The translations under genes and the position numbers were made by a program. DNA of 64,000 nucleotides from assembly GCA_041500865.1 (NCBI GenBank), contig JBGQMY010000001.1, positions 18,834 to 82,833 on the forward strand, in the 5' to 3' direction. Source of the stretch: Candidatus Micrarchaeia archaeon. Its GTDB lineage: Archaea > Micrarchaeota > Micrarchaeia > Anstonellales > J096. This document shows, one piece after another, positions 9,568 to 18,789 of the stretch (position 1 is its first letter; each line of letters opens with the position of its first letter). The notes under the pieces were generated by a model. It made no database searches and had not been told where the DNA came from. It saw only the letters and a program-made list of their open reading frames with translations.

Positions 9568-10578
9568 TCACTCCGGGCAAAGAAGGGCCATGATGGACAG
9601 CGATTCCCAATCCTCTTGCGGGGTGTTGGCGCATTGCGTCCAAACCTCTTGGTTTGAAAGCTTAAGGAGCGTATTCAGGGCATGGAAAAAGGCCTTGCCG
9701 TCGCTCTCATGCATGGCATGCAGCAGGTATCTTGAAGTTTCGTCGTTTTTGGCAAGCATGCCAAGAATCACGCGCTTGATGTTAATCAGCACCCATAGCC
9801 CGTCCTGCCTTTTTGCCGAATACAAGAAGGGATAATATGTCTGCAGCTCTTTCATCTTACAGAGCGCGCAATCCAGTATGCATATTGACAGCACCGTTGA
9901 AAGGGCGTCCAGGGCCGCCTGCCTGTTGGGCGATGCGCAGGATGCGGCATATGCGCGCATCAGCCTGAGCCCATTAACTTCAAAAAGGACCGTTTTGCCG
10001 CCCTCAATATGATAATTAGCCTCAGGATGGCTGATGCCGATTCCGGAAATGTGCATCTTTCGCACAAGCGGGGCCAATGCCGGGTTCAGCTTATTTTCAG
10101 TTTCATCGCATTGACTGCAAAAGGCCTTGGCATGGCCAAAACTTTCCGAATCAGTTGGAGAATAAAGCATCCTGTAATACTGCTTCATGTTCTTGGCGCG
10201 CCTTGCCACAACGCCAGTCTCATCTGCAACAAAGTCGGAGTATGTCGCTGACATCATATGCCCGAAGCGCGAGAAGAGCCTTATCTCCTTGCATTCTGGG
10301 AAGTTTTCCGGGAACAGCGCCTTCGCAAGGCGCAGAGAGAAGAATTTCTGGAGGTGGTAGGCCGCGTCTGAAGGCGGCCATACTTTGTCGTACCCTTGCC
10401 TGATTGATATGGCAAATTCTTGACTCAGGAAAACATCATTGTGAAAGGGCTGGACGCGCTCAACCAGGTCCTTCTTGCCCGGACCCAGGCATATTCTCGA
10501 AACCCTTGCCTCGTCCCCCTTGCAAAGGGCCGTCCTTTTGCCAAGGCCGCGGACAGGCGGGGCTATCTTGACGCTCAT
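9568..10578 (-). CDS. hypothetical protein
   Basis: Track ORF is 9568..10659. The internal ATG at 10578 is preferred because an ATTTTTAAAT box sits about 27 nt upstream at roughly 10601..10610. No recognisable domain. Confidence 0.4.
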   Translation of the reverse strand: MSVKIAPPVRGLGKRTALCKGDEARVSRICLGPGKKDLVERVQPFHNDVFLSQEFAISIRQGYDKVWPPSDAAYHLQKFFSLRLAKALFPENFPECKEIRLFSRFGHMMSATYSDFVADETGVVARRAKNMKQYYRMLYSPTDSESFGHAKAFCSQCDETENKLNPALAPLVRKMHISGIGISHPEANYHIEGGKTVLFEVNGLRLMRAYAASCASPNRQAALDALSTVLSICILDCALCKMKELQTYYPFLYSAKRQDGLWVLINIKRVILGMLAKNDETSRYLLHAMHESDGKAFFHALNTLLKLSNQEVWTQCANTPQEDWESLSIMALLCPE

Positions 10579-10767
10579 GTTATAAATAATGGTTAATAGT
10601 ATTTTTAAATGGCATGGGACAGGGTCGTGTGAAGCATTATTACTAAAAAAACGCCTCACACAATGGATATATACCTCTTAATTTCCATAATGCCCCAGAA
10701 AATCCCTTTTTGAGCCGTAATCCGCCGATACAAACATATTTAAACACGTTTATACATAAATATACAC

Positions 10768-12201
10768 ATGCAGAGCAAAGCCCTCATCTCCTTCGGCGGG
10801 CCATTCCCCTATGACAGGTCGTTCCGCGGCCAAGGCATAGTCCAAGGCGACCTAATCAAGGAGGCGGCCAGCCGGGGCATGAAATCCGTCGTAATATCCA
10901 AGTACCACGGGCACAGGGACCCGCTCCTGGAAAGGGCGGAGTCCATGCAGAACGTCATAGCGGAAAAGGCGTTCTGCAGCGAAATGGCGTTCATGTACAA
11001 GTCCGATTTCTGCGACGCAAAGAACAGGTGCAAGATGGGCATGCAGACCGGAAAGCCGGGCGCAATAGGGCACTGGGGCAGGTTCTATGGCATAAACCAG
11101 GTAAGGAGGCTCGCTGAAACGTATGGGCAGGTATATTACTTCATGCATTACTACAACTCCAGGTTCATGGACGCGGAATACTTCTCAAGGCTTGTCAAGC
11201 ATGAGAATCTTGGCAGTGCAATAAAGGCATATTACTTCATACATGTCGCCCCGGACCAGCTTGTTGAAAGCGAAAGGGACGGCGGCTGGATGCTAAAGCA
11301 GAACACCGGAGGCGCGGTGGAATCGCTGGTAAAGGCGATTGAGGAGGACTGCTTCAAGGCATTCATAGCAGTAAGCCAGGCTGCAAGGGACATGTGGATA
11401 GAGCTGATAAAGGCATTTGGATATAGCCATGAAACCGTGTCAGCGGCAGAAAAAAGGATAAGGGCGGTGCCCAACGGCATAGACGCCAACCTCTACGGCT
11501 CGTCGTCCCTATTGGATTCCTCTGCCCTTGAAAAGGAAAGGGCGAAGCTGGGGTTCGACCCTTCAGTAAGGAAAATAGTGCTTGTAATGACCAGGCCCAG
11601 CATATCAAAGGGCATAGACAGGATAGAGGGCATCCTTGAGGAATTCAACGATTCAACAGAGGCGAGGCTGAAAAAGATAGGGTTTCTCGTCACAATGCCA
11701 GAAACAGAAGGAACGGAACAGTTCCTTGGAAAAATCAGGCACATGTCAAACCTGGTGGACGGCAACAGGCTGAAGGTCACGCTGGACATATCAAAGATAG
11801 TCAGGAACAGGCCCGAGCTTCACGAGGAGCTTGACAACATCCAGACTCTCATGCCGTTAAGCTACCAGGACGACAGGTTCTACATAAAGCCGATAGGTTA
11901 TCCGCTGACGTACGTTTCGGACGTTTTCCTGCACCTGCCGCATGCCGAGGCGTTCGGCCTTGTCGTTGCAGAGGCGCTGATGTCAGGCTGCGCTGTCGTG
12001 ACCACAGATGCAGGGGGAATACCAGAGGTGACAAAAAACTCGGAAAACAGCGTGATGTTCGACCACAGAAGGATTGACAGGGGCATTGTGGTTGAGGCTG
12101 TTGCCGACATCGAAAAGCCGGCTGCGCCGAACGGCGCGTTTGTCGAGCAGTTCAGTTTAAAAAGACAATTCGACAAGATAGTGGGTGATGGTAATGAATA
12201 G
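10768..12201 (+). CDS. glycosyltransferase family 1 (GT-B fold)
   Basis: C-terminal GT1 signature (EAFGLVVAEALMSGCAVVTTDAGGIPEV). A TATA-like box (ATATTTAAAC) lies about 27 nt upstream. Confidence 0.7.
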   Translation: MQSKALISFGGPFPYDRSFRGQGIVQGDLIKEAASRGMKSVVISKYHGHRDPLLERAESMQNVIAEKAFCSEMAFMYKSDFCDAKNRCKMGMQTGKPGAIGHWGRFYGINQVRRLAETYGQVYYFMHYYNSRFMDAEYFSRLVKHENLGSAIKAYYFIHVAPDQLVESERDGGWMLKQNTGGAVESLVKAIEEDCFKAFIAVSQAARDMWIELIKAFGYSHETVSAAEKRIRAVPNGIDANLYGSSSLLDSSALEKERAKLGFDPSVRKIVLVMTRPSISKGIDRIEGILEEFNDSTEARLKKIGFLVTMPETEGTEQFLGKIRHMSNLVDGNRLKVTLDISKIVRNRPELHEELDNIQTLMPLSYQDDRFYIKPIGYPLTYVSDVFLHLPHAEAFGLVVAEALMSGCAVVTTDAGGIPEVTKNSENSVMFDHRRIDRGIVVEAVADIEKPAAPNGAFVEQFSLKRQFDKIVGDGNE

Positions 12202-12775
12202 TGTGAATCCAAGCCTTGTGCATTACGGAATGAACAGGTATGTCTTCAGGCTGGACAGCAGAAGGAGAATAGAAATAAGGAAGATAGGCAACGATTCGAT
12301 CCTGTTCAAGATAATGAGAAAAAACAGGGCAACAGGCGAAGGCAATGCCCAAAGCTACCTGTTCCGCATGAAGGATATGGGTGAGGATGAAGAAAGCGAC
12401 CTGAAAAGAATCATGACAAACGTAAACATGCTGGCAGACATGATAAAGCTGAAAACAGACAGGGGCGACCAGGACGAGAAGTGGAAGAAGAAGCTCAATT
12501 TCTACCTGATGATACTCGGCCAGAGCAGCATGGCAGACAAGCACCTCAAGAGGATATACGAAAGGGAAGGCATAGCATACAGGAAAGAGGAGCTGCCCAG
12601 GATAAAGAGGCTTGTCATAAGGCTCTTCACCATACCCGAGCCTGAGCATGTGATTGCAAAGGCCGTTGAGAAAAAGATAAGCCTGAAGCCGGACGACGTG
12701 CCCAAAATCTGCTGGGGAATACACGCGTTCCAGCACGCGCTGGACGAGATAAGGGAAGGCAAAAGGATTTACTGA
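12185..12775 (+). CDS. hypothetical protein
   Basis: Charged, helical, 196 aa. Overlaps the end of the glycosyltransferase gene by 17 nt. Confidence 0.4.
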   Translation: MMVMNSVNPSLVHYGMNRYVFRLDSRRRIEIRKIGNDSILFKIMRKNRATGEGNAQSYLFRMKDMGEDEESDLKRIMTNVNMLADMIKLKTDRGDQDEKWKKKLNFYLMILGQSSMADKHLKRIYEREGIAYRKEELPRIKRLVIRLFTIPEPEHVIAKAVEKKISLKPDDVPKICWGIHAFQHALDEIREGKRIY

Positions 12776-12820
12776 TTGCAAAATCATTAGCTTTTTAAGG
12801 GTTTAACTTCAATTCTGCTT

Positions 12821-12863
12821 ATGGCAAACATTCACGATAACAGGGGATACCGTGGCGGCAGGC
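12821..12863 (+). repeat. 43-bp direct repeat, left copy (identical to 16921..16963, the start of the Nop5-like gene)
   Basis: Exact 43-nt identity (atggcaaacattcacgataacaggggataccgtggcggcaggc). Degenerate similarity also runs through the 25 nt of promoter sequence upstream. Confidence 0.9.
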
Positions 12864-13202
12864 GACAGCGGCAGGATTGCGAGGCTCCTGAGGCTCGGCG
12901 CCGACGTTTGGGCAAGGGACAATCTAGGCTTTACCGCACTCATGTGCGCCTCATTTGATGGGCACATCAGCATCTGCGCGCTGCTGCTTGAAAGGCTCGC
13001 GCAGGCAGGCGGGGACACAAGAAAGTATATCGAGACTGTGATAGAGGAAGGCATCCATAAGGGATGGGCTGCATTCACATATGCCGAATATAATCACAGG
13101 AAGCCGGCCAAGTTTCTAAAGGCGGCTCCGTTGCTTGCCGAGTCGATGGGAAACGCGGATTTCGCCAAGTTCCTTTCAGGCTTCAGGGAATGCATGGGCT
13201 GA
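12852..13202 (+). CDS. ankyrin-family C-terminal fragment driven by the duplicated Nop5 promoter/start
   Basis: One ankyrin repeat plus the family's C-terminal FAKFLSGFRECMG tail. GTG start in the track. Reading frame differs from that of the duplicated ATG. Confidence 0.5.
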   Translation: MAAGDSGRIARLLRLGADVWARDNLGFTALMCASFDGHISICALLLERLAQAGGDTRKYIETVIEEGIHKGWAAFTYAEYNHRKPAKFLKAAPLLAESMGNADFAKFLSGFRECMG

Positions 13203-13300
13203 TAATAGTCACAGAATCAAGATATGTTATAAAAATGTCAAAGAAGACGATATTTCTCAAATTTATATAGGTTACTTTTATAAATTATAATAAGTATTAA

Positions 13301-13660
13301 ATGGTCGGTGATTACATGGAAGATATAGAAGAAACTCCAGAGTCAATTACAGTTTCAGATTCTTATTCTTTTAAACTTTATCACGGAAGCAAAAAGAAAT
13401 ATTTACTAAAGGGAACAGGTAATGACAACGTTCAAAAAAGAATTTCAAGGAAACCATATGGTGCGCATGGTGCAATCCACCTAGTTATGGTAAAAGGAAA
13501 GTATGTTCATATCGATTGCAAAAACAAGGGATGCGGTAACAACTGGACAATGGAAAAAAATGGGAAGAATTATACTAACTTTTTTAGTGTGGAAAAAGAA
13601 GCATCTGGTATTGATTTGATTAAGTGCAAGAAATGTGGTGCTGAACACGAAAGTGGTTGA
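13301..13660 (+). CDS. small hypothetical protein with a Zn-ribbon-like CxxC...CxxC pair
   Basis: CKNKGC ... CKKCG. AT-rich (about 33% GC), unlike the surrounding genome. Confidence 0.4.
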   Translation: MVGDYMEDIEETPESITVSDSYSFKLYHGSKKKYLLKGTGNDNVQKRISRKPYGAHGAIHLVMVKGKYVHIDCKNKGCGNNWTMEKNGKNYTNFFSVEKEASGIDLIKCKKCGAEHESG

Positions 13661-13694
13661 TCCGAGATAGAGTAATAATGCAGCGACAAAAGAT

Positions 13695-14138
13695 TCAATC
13701 TTTTATTTTATAAACTTCAAAACCTTCTGCCAAAGCAACTTCTTTTAGATACTTATCCGCTGATGCAAATATTAGTTCATTGTGATTTTTCTTAGCTTCC
13801 AAGGCGCAAGCCAATTGCATTGCATCGAAAGATTCTAATTTTGCGTATTTTTCCATAAGCTGAACGCTTTTTTCCAATATTTCCTTAGTTATCTTTACTG
13901 TATTAAAGGATCTATATTCAACTAAAAAAGCATTTATATCGTTATGCTTCTTCGTCAGATTTGTTATTATTTCGTATGGCAAAAGGGATGAAATTATTAC
14001 ATTTTTAATGCCGCTGGATGCCTTTCCGTCAGATGATTCATTTAATATGGTCCAATATAAATTATTCATTTCGTTCGTACACTGCTCTTGCCTGAATATA
14101 CCAAACAATGCGCTGGTGTCACAGAAATAGTACTTCAT
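13695..14138 (-). CDS. PIN-domain (VapC-like) nuclease
   Basis: N-terminal YFCDTSAL with conserved acidic residues (SFDAMQLA). The ATG at 14138..14136 overlaps the restriction-modification gene TGA as an ATGA junction. AT-rich. Confidence 0.7.
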   Translation of the reverse strand: MKYYFCDTSALFGIFRQEQCTNEMNNLYWTILNESSDGKASSGIKNVIISSLLPYEIITNLTKKHNDINAFLVEYRSFNTVKITKEILEKSVQLMEKYAKLESFDAMQLACALEAKKNHNELIFASADKYLKEVALAEGFEVYKIKD

Positions 14139-16834
14139 TCTAGGCTTTCCTCTATTATTTTCCTTTCTTCATCCGTAATGTCATACAATTTATAGACTTC
14201 TTCATCAATTTCATTATCTAATTTTTGGATTTCTTTTTCAAGACGAATTTTTTCGTCGGTTTGCTTGTCTGATAATAATACAAATTTTTTTGCAAGACTA
14301 AGTCTATTATCAATTAATTTAATGATAATTTGCCTATTTGAATCAATAACTACGGGTAGTATATCTAGAAATTCGCTCCGATATCTCATATATCCTCCGC
14401 CCATATGCATTCCACCAAAAAGTACATTATATACAAAAGAAAGTAATTTACTATTTAATATACCCAATATGTATTTCAGTTCAATATCTTTAATTAAGGT
14501 GGCAAAGTAGACACCTCCTTGAGGAATTCTCTTGTCAAAATCAATAGTTGCACTAATCGTTAAAGCATCTTCCGCAATAATTAATTTATCTTTAAAAGAA
14601 TTCAGGAGCCGTTCAGACTTTTCTCCTGCAACAGTCATCAAATGATGTTTGCTAATATATGTGCCCTCCCTGATAGGGCCCCATTTTTCAAATTGATACT
14701 GTTTAACAATACCAAAATCATTCTTCTGTTTTTCTTCATAATCCACAGGAATTCTGAATCCTTCTGATATCTGTAAAATATCTGACAGTTTCCCATTTTG
14801 ACTCTCAAGTTTTAAAACTAAATTTATTGCTTTCTGGTTTGAGTTTATAGGAAATACTTTATAAGGAACAATAGAAAGATCATTGTTCTTTATATTAGAT
14901 ATTTCAAATTTGTTATTCAAAAAATATGCCAAATTTCTGATAAATCCTAACTTTAAATTTTTTAATTTTTCGCCTTTCCGTATGAGTATAATTACAGGGT
15001 AGTTGCTAGCGTCTTTAAAAATATCCAAATGACTAACACTTAATATTGAACAATCTTCAGAAGAATTCAGTAATAATTCCCGCAATTTTTTTGCTGAGGC
15101 AGCAGCACAAAATTTATTTGGAAGTATAAATCCGAGATACCCTCCTTTCTTTATTAATTTAAGAGATTGCTCAATAAAAAGATAATAAAGGTCGTATTTT
15201 CCTTCGGAAACAATAAACTCATCTTTCCAAAATTCCTTATCTTCTTTATCTAAACTATCAACTCTGACATACGGCGGATTACCAATCACCACGTCAAACC
15301 CATACCCTTCTTTCAGATTGCCGTTTTCGTCGTATTGTATGGTGTCCGGGAACTGCTCGTCCCAATTGAGCGGCTTCTTGTCATCCCACTTTTCGCCGAA
15401 GTATTTCTTCAGCTCCTCTTCCTTCCCGGAAATCAGCGAATTGCCGTTCTTTATGTTCCCGGAAAGCAGGGGGAACATTCCTCTTTTCCGCGAAGTTTCA
15501 ACCGCCTTAAGCAACAGGTTAAGCTCGGATATCTCAATGGCCTTTTTGTCAAGGTCTACGCCGTGTATGTTCTTGGTCAGAATCATGTGGGCATTGCGCG
15601 ATATGTCCTCCGTCAGCATCCCGCTGTCCCCGCCGTACGCCTTCCTGTACGCATCCGCGAACATCCCATAGGCGCGTATCAGGAACGAGCCCGAGCCGCA
15701 TGCCGGGTCAAGCACCTTTATCTTCTGCAGTTTCTCAGGTGTGTCTGCGCCCTTCAAGACCTCGCCAAGCGTGTTTTTGACAATATAATCGACAATGTAA
15801 CGGGGCGTGTAATAAATGCCCATTTCCTTCCTGTTGGCCTCTTTTGCCACCAAACGGCCGCTTTCACGCAATATCGTGGCAAGGTACTGCTCATATATCC
15901 CGCCCAGGACATCAACGTCTATGGCTGAAAAATCCCATTTATAAAGGCCGTCCTCTCCGTCTATGAGCTTCTCGACCACGGCATCGTCAATGTACATTTC
16001 CCCGGCAAAGTGGGGCGAAAACAGGTCACTGTCGTACCATTCTATGAAATCGTCAAAAACCTCCCTTAGGTGGCGCATGAGCTTCTTTTTCCCGTTTTCC
16101 CTCCATATGCGCACGGATTCCCGAAGCCGCTCATTCTCTATCCCAAGGCCCTCGCAGGTCCTTATGAACACGAAGCGGTTAAGCAGCTTCTGGACGCCCT
16201 CATCCACCTGCTCCTTGGAAAGCTTGTTGAGCCTGCTGTGCTCCATGATGTTGTTGGAAAGCGCCTTCCTCCATGCCATCAGGTCGTTAAGGAGCGCCTT
16301 GCCCACCGGCTCAGGCTTTATCTTCTTTCCCACCTTTTCAGCATAAGTGTCTATCTCATTGGAGGCAAACGCCTCCTTTCCAAGGAGCAGCAGTTCGCCA
16401 AGCCGTGAGACATAGTCATCCAGCGTGAATTTAAGGAACCGGCTGTCCTTGTTGTATTTTGCTTCGGCATTGTAGATAATCAGTTCCCTGAAGTTTGTCA
16501 GGACTGCCCATGGAACTGACTTGTAATAGGCATAATCAACCGACTGCTCCGCTTCCTTTTCCTCAAGCTCGACATTCACTGCCTTCGCCTCAAGGAAGAA
16601 CTTAAAGACCCCGGAAACCATGAAGGCATAGTCTGCCCTTGTGCGCAGGACATTGGACTCCATGGAGACTTCCCCAAGATCCTTCATATTCCAGCCAAGA
16701 GCCTCAAGAAGGGGCTCTATAAAAACCCTTTTTGTGTCGGGCTCCCCAAGGCCCTTTAGCATCCCCCTTGCCTCATATCCCTTATATTTTGAGACAAGCT
16801 CGGATATCTTGGCCTTTGCCGCTTCCGTATCCAT
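14135..16834 (-). CDS. Type IIG restriction-modification enzyme, MmeI-like: PD-(D/E)xK nuclease, gamma-class N6-adenine methyltransferase and target-recognition domain
   Basis: N-terminal D...EAK nuclease motif (ADYAF...FLEAKAV). Methyltransferase motif I LDPACGSGSFL at about aa 376 and motif IV GNPPY at aa 518-522. The 899-aa length matches MmeI. GC content drops sharply across the NPPY motif. Confidence 0.8.
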   Translation of the reverse strand: MDTEAAKAKISELVSKYKGYEARGMLKGLGEPDTKRVFIEPLLEALGWNMKDLGEVSMESNVLRTRADYAFMVSGVFKFFLEAKAVNVELEEKEAEQSVDYAYYKSVPWAVLTNFRELIIYNAEAKYNKDSRFLKFTLDDYVSRLGELLLLGKEAFASNEIDTYAEKVGKKIKPEPVGKALLNDLMAWRKALSNNIMEHSRLNKLSKEQVDEGVQKLLNRFVFIRTCEGLGIENERLRESVRIWRENGKKKLMRHLREVFDDFIEWYDSDLFSPHFAGEMYIDDAVVEKLIDGEDGLYKWDFSAIDVDVLGGIYEQYLATILRESGRLVAKEANRKEMGIYYTPRYIVDYIVKNTLGEVLKGADTPEKLQKIKVLDPACGSGSFLIRAYGMFADAYRKAYGGDSGMLTEDISRNAHMILTKNIHGVDLDKKAIEISELNLLLKAVETSRKRGMFPLLSGNIKNGNSLISGKEEELKKYFGEKWDDKKPLNWDEQFPDTIQYDENGNLKEGYGFDVVIGNPPYVRVDSLDKEDKEFWKDEFIVSEGKYDLYYLFIEQSLKLIKKGGYLGFILPNKFCAAASAKKLRELLLNSSEDCSILSVSHLDIFKDASNYPVIILIRKGEKLKNLKLGFIRNLAYFLNNKFEISNIKNNDLSIVPYKVFPINSNQKAINLVLKLESQNGKLSDILQISEGFRIPVDYEEKQKNDFGIVKQYQFEKWGPIREGTYISKHHLMTVAGEKSERLLNSFKDKLIIAEDALTISATIDFDKRIPQGGVYFATLIKDIELKYILGILNSKLLSFVYNVLFGGMHMGGGYMRYRSEFLDILPVVIDSNRQIIIKLIDNRLSLAKKFVLLSDKQTDEKIRLEKEIQKLDNEIDEEVYKLYDITDEERKIIEESLE

Positions 16835-16920
16835 AGAACCAGTATATTCTCAAACAATTATAAACCTTGCCAAGAGAACCCATCCCTCAGGTTTATAAGC
16901 ATTTAACCTAAACTACGTTC

Positions 16921-16963
16921 ATGGCAAACATTCACGATAACAGGGGATACCGTGGCGGCAGGC
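16921..16963 (+). repeat. 43-bp direct repeat, right copy (native 5' end of the Nop5-like gene)
   Basis: Identical to 12821..12863. Confidence 0.9.
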
Positions 16964-17814
16964 ATTACGGCGGAAAGCCCAGCGGAGGCTTTGGAAGGGA
17001 CGGGGGCCGGTTCGGGGGAGGCCAGGGCGGAGGCAGCAACCTCAGGGAAAAGTTCATGCACAGGGCACGCAAGAAGTTCGAGGAGTTCAGGGCAAGGGAA
17101 GATTTATTCTTAATGGAAGTGGACAGGGCCATTGACGACCTGGACAAGATGATAAACCTCATCGGCGAAAGGCTTGAGGAATGGATGGCATTCTACATAA
17201 GCGGCATAAGGCTGGGCGAAAAGGCCAAGCTGGCAAAGCTGACAATACTCATAGCAGACAAGAAGGACATAACAAAAGAGGATCTCAACGCATTCCTCAG
17301 CGAGAAGGAGACTGAAGCGGTCTTTGAAAAGCTGGGGCAAAGGACAAAGGAGGTCAAGGAAAAGGACCTCATTTACATGAAGAAATACGCGGAAATGCTG
17401 CTGAAGATGGTTGAGCTTAACGAGTTTTACGCGAACGAGATTGACGCACTGGCGAACAGGATTGCGCCGAACGCGACATACCTCGTGGGCGGAAAGGTCG
17501 TCGCGAAGATGATTACGCTGGCAAAGGGCCTTGACAGGCTGGCAAAGATGCCATCCAGCACCGTCCAGCTGCTTGGCGCCGAGAAGGCGCTGTTCAATTA
17601 CCTGAAGATGGGAAAGAAGGGCGACCCGCCAAAGCACGGCGTCATACTTTTCTCGCCCCAGGTTTCCGGCGTAAGGAAGGAATACAGGGGCAGGATGGCA
17701 AGGACGCTTGCTGCTAAGCTTTCAATAGCGTTCAGGGTTGACGACGCAAAAGGCGAGTTCTACGGCAAGCAGCTGAAGGAAGCGATAGACAGGAGAATGA
17801 AGGAACTGATTTAG
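16921..17814 (+). CDS. Nop5/Nop56-family (Nop-domain) C/D box RNP protein with an N-terminal Gly/Arg-rich (RGG) extension
   Basis: C-terminal Nop domain (LVGGKVVAKMITLAKGLDRLAKMPSSTVQLLGAEKALF...PKHGVILF...RGRMARTLAAKLSIAFRVD), preceded by a coiled-coil region. The first 40 aa are RGG/GGG-rich. A TTTATAAG box lies about 30 nt upstream of the ATG. Confidence 0.75.
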   Translation: MANIHDNRGYRGGRHYGGKPSGGFGRDGGRFGGGQGGGSNLREKFMHRARKKFEEFRAREDLFLMEVDRAIDDLDKMINLIGERLEEWMAFYISGIRLGEKAKLAKLTILIADKKDITKEDLNAFLSEKETEAVFEKLGQRTKEVKEKDLIYMKKYAEMLLKMVELNEFYANEIDALANRIAPNATYLVGGKVVAKMITLAKGLDRLAKMPSSTVQLLGAEKALFNYLKMGKKGDPPKHGVILFSPQVSGVRKEYRGRMARTLAAKLSIAFRVDDAKGEFYGKQLKEAIDRRMKELI

Positions 17815-17816
17815 GG

Positions 17817-18413
17817 ATGAGATTACTGTTCGTCTCTGACTTGCACGGAAGCGTTGAAGCGCTCAATGCGATAAAAAGGGCGGATTACGGCGCGCTGGTC
17901 ATAGCCGGGGACATCCAGTATGCTGACTGCGCCAGGGAAGTCGCAAAACTAAAAAACGTTTATTTTGTGCCTGGGAATATGGACACAGAACCGGTCCTTG
18001 ATGCAATGAAAGGCAAAAATATACACGGCAAAACTGTCAAGATTGGAAAGATAAAGGTTGCTGGCTTTGGCTTTGCCCCTCCTGGGCCGTTCCACACGCC
18101 AGGCGAGATAAGCGAGGAAAGCATTGCAGAAGGGCTGTCAAGGCTGGAAATTGACGACGATACGGTGCTTGTCACGCATGCCCCGCCTTACGGGATACTG
18201 GACAAATCCGATGGAGGCCGTGCAGGAAGCAAGAGCATAAGAAATTTCGTTCTCGCAAAAAAGCCGTTCATGCATGTTTTCGGCCATATACACGAGGCAA
18301 GCGGAAGCGTGCGCAAAGGAAACACCAATTTCGTGAAACTCCCTCCCGCATACTCGCTAAAGGGTGCATATCTTGATGATGAAACAAGGCAGTACATACT
18401 CTCTCTCATTTGA
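17817..18413 (+). CDS. calcineurin-like metallophosphoesterase
   Basis: Motifs DLHG ... GDI ... GNMD ... THAPP ... GHIH. Confidence 0.7.
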   Translation: MRLLFVSDLHGSVEALNAIKRADYGALVIAGDIQYADCAREVAKLKNVYFVPGNMDTEPVLDAMKGKNIHGKTVKIGKIKVAGFGFAPPGPFHTPGEISEESIAEGLSRLEIDDDTVLVTHAPPYGILDKSDGGRAGSKSIRNFVLAKKPFMHVFGHIHEASGSVRKGNTNFVKLPPAYSLKGAYLDDETRQYILSLI

Positions 18414-18789
18414 GAGAGCAGCCTTCACGGAACTCAGGGACATGGTAGAGCGCATCTTCCCGGATTGCCTTGTGACTGCGGAGAAGGGCGACGCCCTTTT
18501 CAGGGCCTATCTCATTTCCGGCACAATGGGGTTTGTCCACATAGGCATGAGGGACGGCGGATGGAGAATCGTTGGCATAGGCGTAAAGGAAGGCTCCAGG
18601 GGCAATGGATATGGAACGCGCATCCTGGATTTTGCGATAGACCTGATTAGGAGGATGGGCGGGCACAGGATAACGGTCTTGGTCGACAGGAACAATGCAA
18701 CAGCCATAAGGATGTACGCCAGGGCCGGCTTCAGGCTTGCCGGAAAGCACAAGAGCAGGCTCAGGATGGCGCTTGTGCTGAACAACTAG
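18364..18789 (+). CDS. GNAT-family acetyltransferase (start uncertain, probably near 18376-18379)
   Basis: Acetyl-CoA-binding motif (RGNGYGTRIL) and a C-terminal MYARAGFR. The 5' end overlaps the upstream gene. Confidence 0.6.
   Translation: MHILMMKQGSTYSLSFERAAFTELRDMVERIFPDCLVTAEKGDALFRAYLISGTMGFVHIGMRDGGWRIVGIGVKEGSRGNGYGTRILDFAIDLIRRMGGHRITVLVDRNNATAIRMYARAGFRLAGKHKSRLRMALVLNN

Noticed and set aside
12152-12787. 211-aa minus-strand ORF
   Set aside because: It is antisense to the 12185..12775 gene. It is rich in Cys, His and Tyr with no motif. The sense ORF has normal composition and continues the operon.
12821-16963. The 43-bp direct repeats read as transposon target-site duplications
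   Set aside because: The repeat is too long for a typical target-site duplication and includes promoter sequence. No transposase or terminal inverted repeats are present. Duplication or promoter capture during insertion or recombination fits better.
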